A stretch of DNA of 64,000 nucleotides, taken from assembly GCF_026210795.1 (NCBI RefSeq), contig NC_089431.1, positions 620,001 to 684,000 on the forward strand, written 5' to 3'. The notes below the pieces were generated by a model. It had not been told where the DNA came from. It saw only the letters and a list, made by a program, of their open reading frames with translations, and did not search any database. A program made the position numbers and the translations under genes. This DNA comes from Rhizophagus irregularis (Eukaryota). Below, in pieces: positions 9,098 through 20,186 of the stretch (positions are counted from its first letter, which is position 1; every line of letters begins with the position of its first letter).

Positions 9098-11471
9098 TTT
9101 TTTTTTCTTATATAAATATTCATATCATGATTTCCAGAGTCTGAACCGGCTGACGAACCATCAGAGTTATAACCATTCTCCTCAGGTTTTGCTGTATCAT
9201 CATCAGAAAAAATGGGATCAGACTGTTCATCTATTGTAGCCATATGAACTTGACCACTTCTGAATTTGGAATCTTTAGCGAGTTTAGCCAATAAAGCTTC
9301 GATTTGTCCTAATCTTTTTTCCAGCCCCCCAAAAGGTGAAGACTCTGAGCGTTGACGCTGAGACGATTTGGTATCTTTTCTGGCAAATTTGGCCAAGTGG
9401 GCTTCAATTTGTTCTAATCTTTTTTCCAATCCTCCATTATTATAATCTGGGGATTCTGAATACCGATACTGGGTTGATTTGGTATCTATGGTATCTTCTC
9501 TTATGAGTTTGGTGAGTTTGGCTAAATTAATTTCGATTACTCCTAATCTTTTTTCCAATTCTTGATTAATATGACTATCAAAGATTGAAGGATTGTTCGA
9601 ATTAATTACATTTTCTGGTAGCTGTAAACGTTGGGCAAGTTTAGAATGTACTTGCATTGATTCTGCTAACTGTGCCTCCAAAGAAGCTACTTTGGAATTT
9701 AACTTTTCAAAATTGGCCGAAGCTTCATTATTTTGGGGGTGCACTTGAGCCGGTTGTGCTAGTTGCGCCTGTAGAGATGCTATTTGGGAATTTAACTTTT
9801 CAATCTCGGCTGAAGAATTACTCTGATAATTTTGACCCCCATTTAAATTGGGGAGCACGCTCCAGCCACATGTCTTTTAGATTTGTAAAAAATGCATTAA
9901 TAGTGGCAGGAGTGACAGCTCGCATCCATGTATAAAGGTCGCCTGATAAGTGGTTCTTAAGAAATCCTATAGTTTGTGCATCATTATCTGCTACACCTAA
10001 TAATAAAGGTCAGATTCTTTTTTCATAAGTATCTGGCGAGTCTGTGGGTAGAAATTTTTCTTGAGTTAATCTTTGAAGTGCTGACTGCCGACTACCTACT
10101 GTTTCTCGTTGATAATGTGATCTCATCCAAGCACGTAAAGTATCTGGAGTATTAATATTAGCATTTCCATTATATGGGTCTTGAGCAGGAACTGGTAAAT
10201 ATTTTCCTCCCATCTGAGCTTTATAAATATTACACTTGACAGCATCATCAAAATCTCCAGCATTTGCATTTTCAAGAACAGTCATATGTCCTTACGCGAA
10301 TGATATTGATTGAATAAGCCTATCCAAATAATCATCAGGAGGTTCTTGGCCTGTATACGGCTTATTTTTAGCAAGAATAGGTGCAATCAAATTTAATACT
10401 GGTAAACGTCTAGCGTCAGCCATATTTCCTAATGGATTATTCTGAAGCGCCAAAATTTGTCCTTGCAAATTTAAAATATTCTGGTCTCTTTGCCTAATTA
10501 CTAGCTGAAAAACAAACTTTTCACGTATCAATTCGCCAATACGGGTTTGTTTTCTTGCTATAATAACTATCATCCTATTTACCTGATTTTGGGCATTAGT
10601 CTGTAACTGACGGGTATTTTGCTGATGATGGTTAACATTTCGCTGATATAGTAGCTGTTTAGCAAATTTTTCTCGTATTAATTCTTGAACAATCCCGATA
10701 TGAGAAACGCCAGCGACGGGATTCTTTTTTCTCATTATTATAAGCCAGAATGGCCAGATCCCGCTCTCCTTGAGCATTGTCTCTTTCTCTCATAGTTCTT
10801 TCAACCTGAATTTGGGATTCATCTAATAAACGTTGTAACCGTAAATTCTGATTTCTACTATCTCTTAACTGATTCCTATAGTCCCGTTTCCGGTTATTCG
10901 TATCATTTAATATGTTCTGGTACTGATCACGCTCAGCTGTAATATTTTGCAAAGTAACCCGAATAGTATTTAATGAGCCTCTGATACCATCTATAACATT
11001 AGCAGGATTCTGCATAGGAGTACCAACTCCCCTAATGTGATTTTCAATTCGATCTAACCCTCTATTAACATTTGCAATAAGATTGGTTGTTGCCATATCT
11101 AAAGCATTTATTGAGATTTTTTTATCTATGAGAATCCGGATTCTTGCTTTAAGACTCCCAACCTTATTTTCAAGCTCTATGATTCGTCCATCTTGAATAG
11201 ACCCAACCTCATCTTTGAATTTCTTATCCTGTTGTAAAACCCTAAGCTGTTTTCGCAAATCAGATATTTCTGATTTAAGTTTCTCTATCTCTTTCTCGTG
11301 AGCTATGATAGTATTATCCTGTATTGAGATAGTTCGATAACATTGCTCAAGCTCTTTTACCAGAGATCGAATTTTTTTCTCATTGCTCTTATTAATGAAA
11401 ATCTCATCTTGAAGCTCACCACGAAGCTCCTGATTCGTATCTAAAAGCTCTGAATATGCCGGATCAAACAT
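9094..11471 (-). pseudogene. Long Gag-like protein: N-terminal coiled coil, retrotransposon-type capsid domain, repeated C-terminal helices; disrupted by stops and frameshifts
   Basis: ORFs 10659-11471, 10292-10777, 10010-10285 and 9094-9858 chain together. PYTGQEPPDDYLDRL and ALQRLTQEKFLPTDSPDTYEKRI*PLL...FLKNHLSGDLYTWMRAVTPATINAFF follow the Ty3/retrotransposon capsid pattern. In-frame stops at 10292 and 10010; frameshifts near 10700 and 9850. Confidence 0.7.
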
Positions 11472-11520
11472 GGTATTTCATCCTAATTTATAGTACCATC
11501 ATAATAATCCTATCTTGAGA

Positions 11521-13172
11521 ATGAGCCAACCCCAAATTATAATAGATCCCGATGAAGAGCTCCGTATAGTTTGTAGACTTTTGTTTTATAATATACCCAG
11601 TTTCTATCCCAATGCAAAAAAATTATATAGAGTGTGTCAGGAGGAAGGATATTCTTTTCGATTGCAGAATATCACAAAATGGATAAAACACCAATATAGT
11701 TACCAAATATATCGACAGCCATTACCATGTAAAGCTGAGGCAAGTTTTTCAAAGATTAAGATTCTGAACAAAGTCCATTAATGCGATATATTGCTCCACA
11801 CTCATGATCAAGATGATGGATGGATATTTGTTTGTACTCTTCTAGTTATCGATGTAGCAACGCGTTTTAAGGATGGATGCTCACTAACATCAAGAAATAG
11901 CTTAGAAATCTGGATTGCGATTAAAGATATCTATGAGGACCCTTCTAACCCCCTTACATGGCCAAAATTATTAATGACTGATGGTGATGCTTCGTTTCGA
12001 GGTGCATTTTCACGAGGAATAGAACAATATAATGTCCCAATACGTGTTGTTGACCTTTATAGTTTTGAGAGCTTAGCTTTTATTAAAGCGCTTAAGAAAA
12101 GAATAGCAATATTAACATATAAGGTCCAATATGCTATAGAGGGACGATTAACTGATGGGGGGTATTTAAGAAAATCCTTAAGAAGTATATTGATTATCTG
12201 AATAACAGTAAGACTCGCCTTATTGGAATGTCACCAGCTCGTGCTATGACTTTGGAAGAAGTTGAGTCAAAGCCTTCTAAAAAACCTAAGCGTGCAATCG
12301 GAAAAGATGAGAAGATAAAATTACAAAAAGGTACAGCAGTTAGATATCTGTTAAAAGCAGGCGAGTTGGAAGGAGATCATAGACGTAGAGCAACCGATCC
12401 ATATTGGAGCTTGCGTGTCTTTAAGATAAAAAGGGTTGTTATTGGGAAAAATCCACCACAGCCAGTCTTATATTATCTTGAGGATGAACCCATTGAATCA
12501 ACTGCTCATCTGATAGGACGAAACCCCAAAAGGCCCTTTAAATATGAGGAACTTCAAGAAATTGAAGAGCCTGATAAAATCGAGTATCTGCCAGATGAAT
12601 TTATGCGAAAATACCACCCTACTGGATTCGTCCATTATGTTCATGCTTCTAGTAAGTCAGTTCAGGCTGAGGATTATGCCATGAAGCGTGGTGGTCAATG
12701 TCTAAAAAGGACTGGGCGAATAAATGATCATGCTGTGTATCTTTGGTCTTGTGAGAATGGTGCACATCAATGGGAGTATCCGTTAAAATATATCATGAAA
12801 AAATTCGAATGGTGCCCGCTATGCCATCATACTACCGAAAGAACTGTACGATATATTTTTGAGGATCTACTAGGCAAGAAATTCCCATCATGTAGGCCGA
12901 ATTTTTTGCATGGAATGCAACTTGATGGATATAACGAAGAGTTGCGACTAGGATTCGAATTTCATGGCAAGCAACACTATAGTCTTAATTCAATGTTTCA
13001 TAGAAGAGGCCAGATAGATTTGGATGAACAGAGAATACGCGATCAGAAGAAGCGGGATACTTGCAAAGAGCAAGGTATATGTCTTATCGAAGTGCCTTAT
13101 ACTGCGGATCTTTTTTCATACATTAAGCATACACTAATCGAGAAAGGATTCTTGAGTAATTCTCCAAGTTAA
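11521..13172 (+). pseudogene. rve/DDE integrase of Polinton/adintovirus type, fused to a Zn-ribbon and Vsr/PD-(D/E)XK-like endonuclease
   Basis: VH*CDIL (in-frame TAA at 11779), [35 protein letters not shown] after a frameshift near 12160, [15 protein letters not shown], then [10 protein letters not shown]...WCPLC and [21 protein letters not shown]...DQKKRDTC...LIEVPY. Confidence 0.85.
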
Positions 13173-13266
13173 GTCGGAGAGAATTATTTTCTTGGCATTT
13201 TTCCGAGACCACGCGGTCCCGCAAATTTGCAAGATTATTTTAGAATATCATTAGTAATAGTTCGAC

Positions 13267-14028
13267 ATGAAAATAAAGAAACTTGAGCCAGTTGAAAGGC
13301 TTGTATACCATATTAACGAAATTAAAGATGCCCAAAAATACAATGCCAATTCCAGTGTTCCCCAATGGCCTTTCACTTTACTAATCTGTGGCCGTACCAA
13401 TTCAGGAAAAACTAATGAGGTTCTCAATCTCATGCTTAGAAATAAGCTTTATCGAATGTTTAATGGGAAGAAAGGAGGGACGCGCTATATCAAGTGTGAT
13501 GATTTGCTTCTCATCGGCCATAATCTTAAGGAGCCGAAATATATGTACCTCAAATCGGCATTCCAGATAATTGCAAATAGTCCAAAGCCATATCGTGAAA
13601 ATATTACATTCCGAGTATTGAAGCCTGATAAAATCCCTAAGGTGGATTCGTTTTCTCCAGATAGAGGTACAGTGCCTATATTCGAAGATGTATGTGCTGA
13701 TCCAAAGAAAGTGCAAGAGAAAATTATTCCTTATTTCATTGAAGGACGCCATTACAATGTCAGTTCGATATATGTATCCCAGAGTTACTTCGACTGTCCG
13801 AAGATAATACGAAAAAATCTCACACACGTCTGTCTATTCAATGGATCGTGTACTGCGGACGAGCTTAGCAGAATCGTGCGTCAATATGCTAATGACTGGC
13901 GTAGTGTGATTAAGATTATTGACAAGGCTTTATGTGAACATAAATTCATTGTTTTCGATCTAACTGTACCTCGAGAGCATCCACATAGGATACGTCTTGG
14001 TTGGGATCAAATTCTCACTAATGAGTAG
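13267..14028 (+). CDS. A32-like (FtsK/HerA superfamily) viral DNA packaging ATPase
   Basis: Walker [13 protein letters not shown], Walker B PIFEDV, Arg-finger/Gln motif [14 protein letters not shown], then PKIIRKN. Intact 253-aa intronless ORF. Confidence 0.9.
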   Translation: MKIKKLEPVERLVYHINEIKDAQKYNANSSVPQWPFTLLICGRTNSGKTNEVLNLMLRNKLYRMFNGKKGGTRYIKCDDLLLIGHNLKEPKYMYLKSAFQIIANSPKPYRENITFRVLKPDKIPKVDSFSPDRGTVPIFEDVCADPKKVQEKIIPYFIEGRHYNVSSIYVSQSYFDCPKIIRKNLTHVCLFNGSCTADELSRIVRQYANDWRSVIKIIDKALCEHKFIVFDLTVPREHPHRIRLGWDQILTNE

Positions 14029-14042
14029 AATTTTCTTAGGTA

Positions 14043-14744
14043 CTAAGGACGAAATGTATATTTTTTCCTGGTTTCTAGATCATATTCAGATTCATCACGC
14101 CTCTTCGCCCATAATTTCCTTTCATGAGTACTAGAATATATTTCCGGTTCTATAGTCACATCACTATGCTTCATATTGGAAAGGATCTGATCAACAAGAG
14201 TGACAATTTTTCTATCTTTAACAGAAATAATATCCTCCAGATTCCGGCATCTATTCTCTAACAGGTCAATGGACTTTTCAGCTGATGCAATAGCTTTTTT
14301 CGTATCAGGTATTATACTTTTGAAGAAAGCTACCGAATCTGATAATTGGCTGACTTTCTCACCACTCTCTTCCAAAGACCTGGTCATGGCTACCTCACGA
14401 GACTTATATTGCTCTTGCAAGTCAAGAAGCTCTTCAATCTTTTTTTCCAATACCTGCTTTGATATACATAATTCCTCATTTTCTTGCCTTAACGAAGTTT
14501 CACAGTCACTAGTAATGGGCTTCATCTTCTGACACTCTTTTTGCTTAATATAATTTCCAACTGCCTTATTTAACAAATCTTCCACTTCGGGATGGATACT
14601 ACTTGCCTGTTTTATCGATAATGGATGTTTTCGTGAAGTAAGACGTCGCCATATATCTATTTTGATAGAACGAGGGAGCTGGTTAAGTTGCTTTGAGTAA
14701 TATACGTGAAAAGTTGGTGTTAGTATACCGGTCATTGTTACCAT
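14043..14744 (-). CDS. Hypothetical coiled-coil protein, tail-to-tail with the ATPase
   Basis: 233-aa intronless ORF with a heptad-rich centre, ending 14 bp from the ATPase stop. Confidence 0.65.
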   Translation of the reverse strand: MVTMTGILTPTFHVYYSKQLNQLPRSIKIDIWRRLTSRKHPLSIKQASSIHPEVEDLLNKAVGNYIKQKECQKMKPITSDCETSLRQENEELCISKQVLEKKIEELLDLQEQYKSREVAMTRSLEESGEKVSQLSDSVAFFKSIIPDTKKAIASAEKSIDLLENRCRNLEDIISVKDRKIVTLVDQILSNMKHSDVTIEPEIYSSTHERKLWAKRRDESEYDLETRKKYTFRP

Positions 14745-15007
14745 AAGTAACTAATAAAAAATTTTGAGAATTTTATAGATTCAGAAATTTTATAAGAAAA
14801 ATTCTGAGAATCTAAGAATTCTGAGCATTCTGTCACCCACATAGACGAAGTCTACCAGGATATAGTCATACGCGTCAATATCGCGAAAGATCTGCTAGAA
14901 AACTCCGATCAAAAATGCACATGACACCCGACCATTGATCAGCAAGAAAAAATCATTTTGGCAGGGGTACCCCAGCGCTGAAGAAATTTTGCCAAATTAA
15001 TACATGA

Positions 15008-15196
15008 TCATATTTTTCGTGATACAGATAACAAGTTTTTTATTAATTCATTTTGCGATAGCATGTCTTCCAATTTCGCAACTCTGGTCTTAAGCTCACC
15101 ATTTTCGGCCATGATTTTATCATTCTCAACCTTAAGCTCGCTAATGCATTGTTTCAATGAATCAGTCTCACCAGGACCATCTATTTCAGATTGCAT
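15008..15196 (-). CDS. Short coiled-coil peptide (paralogue of 23670-23870)
   Basis: MQSEID...ENGELKTRVAKLED...IKNLLSVSRKI aligns by eye with MESELD...RNAKLIERVAKLEE...IKNLLHASQISRKT. Confidence 0.5.
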   Translation of the reverse strand: MQSEIDGPGETDSLKQCISELKVENDKIMAENGELKTRVAKLEDMLSQNELIKNLLSVSRKI

Positions 15197-15370
15197 GCTT
15201 GCGTGATGTAGTATTATTTATGCTTTATATAGGTTAATATTCAAAATACACGTGACTTGATCTTTCCTCACGGCCCGTAAGCGAAATTTGCCAAGAAAAA
15301 AATATTATATAGTACACTTGCTTTATTAATAATATAACTTAATAAAAATTACATGTACAAAATCTCTATT

Positions 15371-17332
15371 CTATGAATTTTTTGGTGTCGTAACTGTTAC
15401 TACCATTTCACTAGAACTATGCTCACTATCCCCAGAGTCAGAACTATATAATATTTTGTGAATTGTACATGCGACGGCCGTTCTCAGAGTCATCAACGCA
15501 TGTATAAGCGGGTATACGGCACTTGGGGAAGTCATATGTAATGGAATTGTTGCTTCCTCTATTAAACAGTATTTATAAATACCCGATTCTTTTCGCATAG
15601 CATAAAGTTCTATAACATCGCCTAAAATAAAAGCAACATGATTATTCACTATTGGTTTGTAATACAAGAGCAGGAGGTATAGTATGGCCGAAGAAAAGTA
15701 AAAATATAATGCATTACCTGCGATGTTAATAGCAAATATAGTCAAATTCTGCCTCTTGGAAAATTGATTGAACATTCTTTTGATCTTCGATAAAATCCTA
15801 GTAGTATCAATAGAATCCTTGGATAATCGAATTAATTTTTTATGATCTCGCCGGCGTTTATCTTGGCTGGAATTTGGCCTACCAGTTTCAAGATATACTA
15901 TTTCGAGTTCTGCATCTTTTCCTAATTGCGCTATGGTCATATAATCAGGCTTTCGTGCAAACTTGCGAGATCCTTTTCGTATAGTACTAGCCGAACTTCC
16001 CTCTTCACCCCTATTTAGAAAAACCATTAAATAAGAAAAAGCACGACAGGGGGAAATATTTTATAGGTGATACTAGGCGCTTACCATATATCCCATACAA
16101 CAGGATTTCCAGGCAAATCACTCATTACTATATTTATTAATGGCGCGAGTACTTCACAGACGTATGACCCTTCATTAACCGATTTCCCTTTCTTTGAATA
16201 GGCTTCATACTTAGGTGATTTCCAAACTTTAAACCTAGAAAAGATCCCACCCATTTATATTATTCATGAGTAGTAAGCAAACACATAGAAGAAGGCAGAG
16301 TATAGGGCGAAAAATAATAAACTTACAAAGATTCTAGAATTCATCTTGTCGTATCTTGAAGCCTTTCAGAGCTATCTAACCATTTTCCAAATCCAACATC
16401 ACGCAAATCCTCATCTTCATTAATCTTTGATTCTTCGTTCTGGATAAATTCTTTACAAGTGTCTAATATATCTTGATTCTGTTCTAACTTATATTTTTGA
16501 AACGGTTCCTTAAAAATATCGCAAAATGACTCAGGAATGTTTATGAAAGGTTCTGATTTGATATCGAGGACCCCCGAACATATTGGATGATCAAATCCAA
16601 GATTTTCTACATTTATATTATTAAGTTCCATTTCTATCCTCTCCCACATAATTTTCTCATAACCGGTGCTCTCATTCATAAGTTGCCCAACGTCACGTTT
16701 CAAACACCGTAAATTTGCATTCGCATCGTTAGGCCACGTCTCAGCATCAATTACCAGAGCTTTCATTTCTGTTAGAGAACATAAATCTTTGAAGGCACTT
16801 GCAACCTAAATATAATTAGCTTAGTTTAGACTTAACAAATTTTGTTAATTAAAGTGAATAACAAATCGCGGGATCAGATTAGGTTTCCATTTTCATAAAC
16901 TATCAAAAAATGCCGGCAATGAGCTCAATGATCAATATTCTGTGAGCACATATAACTAGCTACTGCCATGCGGGAAGTGATGATATCACAACGGACATTA
17001 GCGCATTCACTAGCATATATGCAACGGGATCCCACTATGTCTTTAGAAAACCTAAAAAATACACGTCATCATATCCATATATTTATTATAAAAATAATTC
17101 ATCGCCTTACCCGTTTAACTAATTTTTTCCCGGTACCAAAACTTTGAAGTTTCTTTCTTCGCTCGACATCTTCTGAGAGGACTCGTTCTAAGACTCTTTT
17201 CAAAACATTCTTAAAATTCTCCACCTCCTTTTCGAGAACGCCCGTCCATTCGCCCTGCTCTACTCGTACGAATAACGCTGTAGAGATTCTGACAATATCA
17301 AGAGGCTCTCTCTTTAAAAGGAATTCTTCCAT
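15371..17332 (-). CDS. Spliced gene with a C-terminal restriction-endonuclease-like (PD-(D/E)XK) domain; exon limits approximate
   Basis: ORF pieces 17099-17332, 16341-16766 and 15371-16027, with GT..AG introns between them. Motif RKPDYM...IVYLETGRPNSSQDKRRRDHKKL matches the REase-fold pattern common in fungal effector-like families. Confidence 0.6.
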
Positions 17333-17969
17333 GTTTGATAGAATAAAAAGTTAATATTAGTGTAAAGCTTGCTAGGCGAAATACAGTAAAAAAAATAATG
17401 TATGGTAAATTTTCAATACCTTTTCGCCATACTGTCCTTTTAAATCTCCATTCATGTCCTCTCTAACTCGCATTCATGTTGGGGGAAAGAGATAGGAGAA
17501 ATATGCAAGGCACTTTACGCCAAAATTTTGTGTTAGAGAATAAGGGCATGTGGAATGTGCATTGAAGATCTCAACATTTACAAAGGCGTTGAGGAATATG
17601 CATATACATACTTTTTTTTATTTCACTTGCTCGACCGCTCAGTAATAAAGGCCTAGTAACATTATATAAATATACTCTGGTCGGAATCTAGTAGGAATAG
17701 CCTGTAGCTCCGAAGGAAATAAACTCATAAATAAATGCATTCAGATAGATAGGAAAAAAATTCGAAGTATTTTGGAGATCGATTTCTTATGTGTGAAAAT
17801 TGTATCATCTATTACATCATATGCACTTTAACGAGGATCGAAAACGTGCTAATTTATGTCGCACACGCCAACATGCATTGTGACTGGACAATATATTATT
17901 TTATTAAGATAATATTCGGGATCTGATGATCTGAAAATTCAGGCGACACATTTTATTTTATTGCAAGAA

Positions 17970-18437
17970 TTATAATCCGATACGCTCACAGATTGATTTT
18001 ATACACCATGAATCAGCCTTATATTTCTCAAATTCTGTAACTCTAATGAGATATTCAATGTTATCTTTATCAATACGATAATATTCAGGATTCTGTAGCC
18101 ACTTTAACTGGTTAGTCCAATCTGAACCTCTAACGATTATATAGCCTCGCTGGTATAATATTTTAAAAACAATATCATATGTTACATTAGCTAATCTCAC
18201 ATATAATTGATTTTTCTTCTCAAATTCCCAGTCAAAATAAGGAATGCAAGAAGTTATACCTAAATACTTCTTATCATCAGGAGTACCATCATTCCTCACC
18301 GCCTCCCAAATCCATTTTGCCAAAGATTCAGGTCTCTTCTTATAATTCCTATAAGCTCGCTGGATAACTGTTGCATAGAAATTTTCAAAGCCGTAATTAT
18401 AGTATTTAGGAATCAAGAATCCCCAAGATCGCTTCAT
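17970..18437 (-). CDS. Hypothetical protein with IQ-like motif
   Basis: 155-aa ORF; ATVIQRAYRNY fits IQxxxRxY. Confidence 0.5.
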   Translation of the reverse strand: MKRSWGFLIPKYYNYGFENFYATVIQRAYRNYKKRPESLAKWIWEAVRNDGTPDDKKYLGITSCIPYFDWEFEKKNQLYVRLANVTYDIVFKILYQRGYIIVRGSDWTNQLKWLQNPEYYRIDKDNIEYLIRVTEFEKYKADSWCIKSICERIGL

Positions 18438-18687
18438 TAATCTTCCTGAAATACTTCACTATAATAGTTATACAATATTGGAGGATCTAATCCAGAATAG
18501 ACGGATCATGCATAGTGTCTGCAGGTGATACATTTCACAATTTCACTAGACAATCATGCATGCAGATTATATAGCCATTCATTACGCAAAAAAAAAATAA
18601 AGTATAAGTTATACATTGCGTCTTTAGCTAAATAATATTAATCTTCAATAGTCTATAATTAATATATTTCTCAGTCAGTTAAACCAG

Positions 18688-19554
18688 TTAAACGAATGTG
18701 ATTTTTGTACCATCTCTTAATCTTAATGCGGGCACTCCGTTTCGATTAAGATGGTCTATAGATGGTAATAAGTTATTTTGTTTAGCATACCGAGACGAGA
18801 TAAATATTTCACTTATATTACTTTTGGAATTTGATGATTGACGTGAAATTGGCGAAACCATTTCTTGCCCAGAAGGTGGAATATAAGCTGGCTCGAAGTT
18901 TGGAGCACTTGGCATCATAGTATTTTCTACTATAGTTGTTTTAACCTGTGTGTATGTTTCATAGCCAGTTGAACGTGCATCAAGATCATATGATATAGAT
19001 GCCAATTTATCCTTTTCTGAGTGTAAGGTAGATTTGGAGAAAAGCTCTAGACGAAGACGATTAATTTTAGCCTCTTCCTCTAATATATATTGCTTATATT
19101 GCCAGATCTGAAATTCCCTCCTATCAATAGATTTGAGAATTTCTTTTCTTCTTGCATGTTCATTCGAAATAGTATTTCCAGAAATGCATCTTTTCAAGTG
19201 GTTATCTCGATAGGTTATGGGAAGACCACCAAGGCCATTTTCAGATATGAAAACTAAGGAGTCACATACACTACAATATATGTAATTTGATGGAAGACCA
19301 TGGACTCTATCACTTCTTTCAATTAAATTTCCATGCATCGTAATATATCCATTTTTAGAAAGGATTTCTGAATTCTCTTCAAGTATTTTCCTAAATGGGC
19401 CACGGATACGAGAATACCACATTTCCGGTGTTTCATGATCACGCATATGTGATAAAGGCCATAATGCATCAACTATATTTCTATATTTTTCAAAGTTTAT
19501 ATCTCCATAGCTTACTCCATGTAGCTTAGAATAGGCTCTGCCATCTAAATCCAT
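18688..19554 (-). CDS. Hypothetical protein with possible C2HC zinc finger
   Basis: 288-aa intronless ORF; YCSVCDS...DNHLKRC followed by a charged helix. Confidence 0.6.
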   Translation of the reverse strand: MDLDGRAYSKLHGVSYGDINFEKYRNIVDALWPLSHMRDHETPEMWYSRIRGPFRKILEENSEILSKNGYITMHGNLIERSDRVHGLPSNYIYCSVCDSLVFISENGLGGLPITYRDNHLKRCISGNTISNEHARRKEILKSIDRREFQIWQYKQYILEEEAKINRLRLELFSKSTLHSEKDKLASISYDLDARSTGYETYTQVKTTIVENTMMPSAPNFEPAYIPPSGQEMVSPISRQSSNSKSNISEIFISSRYAKQNNLLPSIDHLNRNGVPALRLRDGTKITFV

Positions 19555-19793
19555 AATAGTGTTTTAGTAGATTATAATAGATATAGTGATTTTATAGTTT
19601 ATAGCCGATTTTAGCTGATTTAGCAATATTATACTCTAATAAATACCAGATTCAAATTTACTGGCCCTCTCATTCAAGAACTTCGAGGTGGATATCTTTT
19701 TTTTTCTCACCCGCAGTCTTTAGACAAGGGGGCGGGCTAAACCCAAATTCATTTTTCTGTAGCAAAGAAAAAAAACTTGATACATGAATAGAT

Positions 19794-20186
19794 CTAATTA
19801 TTTCTCAAACAACGTCTAATTAATGCTGAAGGAGATTCATATTCATTGTAATACCATTCCTGCATTATTTTATGTAAATCCTCATGAAGATTGGTGGGTG
19901 TATCCGTTCCATCACTAGACATGATTACCATATCTGATGCTCGAAAAGTTCGGTATGTTGCTTGATCAATCAAGCTTATCCAATTTCTATCAGTTTCATT
20001 GCAAAGACGGCATATGGCAATATATTTGTCTGAAATCTGTATATAACGCGCTTGTGAAAGCTTATCTATAAAATACCCAAGTGCTATTTCTGTATATTGG
20101 TAATAACAGCCCGATTGATCCTCCGGAGCTAAATATGTAGTAAAATCTGCCTCTGGGGCTCCACGTAATATTAATTTTCGTATCAT
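19794..20186 (-). CDS. Hypothetical protein
   Basis: 130-aa ATG-initiated intronless ORF, co-oriented with its neighbours. Confidence 0.5.
   Translation of the reverse strand: MIRKLILRGAPEADFTTYLAPEDQSGCYYQYTEIALGYFIDKLSQARYIQISDKYIAICRLCNETDRNWISLIDQATYRTFRASDMVIMSSDGTDTPTNLHEDLHKIMQEWYYNEYESPSALIRRCLRNN

Noticed and set aside
8379..13172. Ordinary Ty3/Gypsy LTR retrotransposon (gag, protease, integrase)
   Set aside because: The integrase is on the opposite strand and of Polinton type, there is no RT/RNase H, and I found no LTRs or PBS/PPT.
1..14744. Canonical Maverick/Polinton
   Set aside because: The PolB is not protein-primed type, no jelly-roll capsid, cysteine protease or TIR is recognisable in the window, and a Gag/retropepsin is present. 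The missing genes could lie upstream of base 1.
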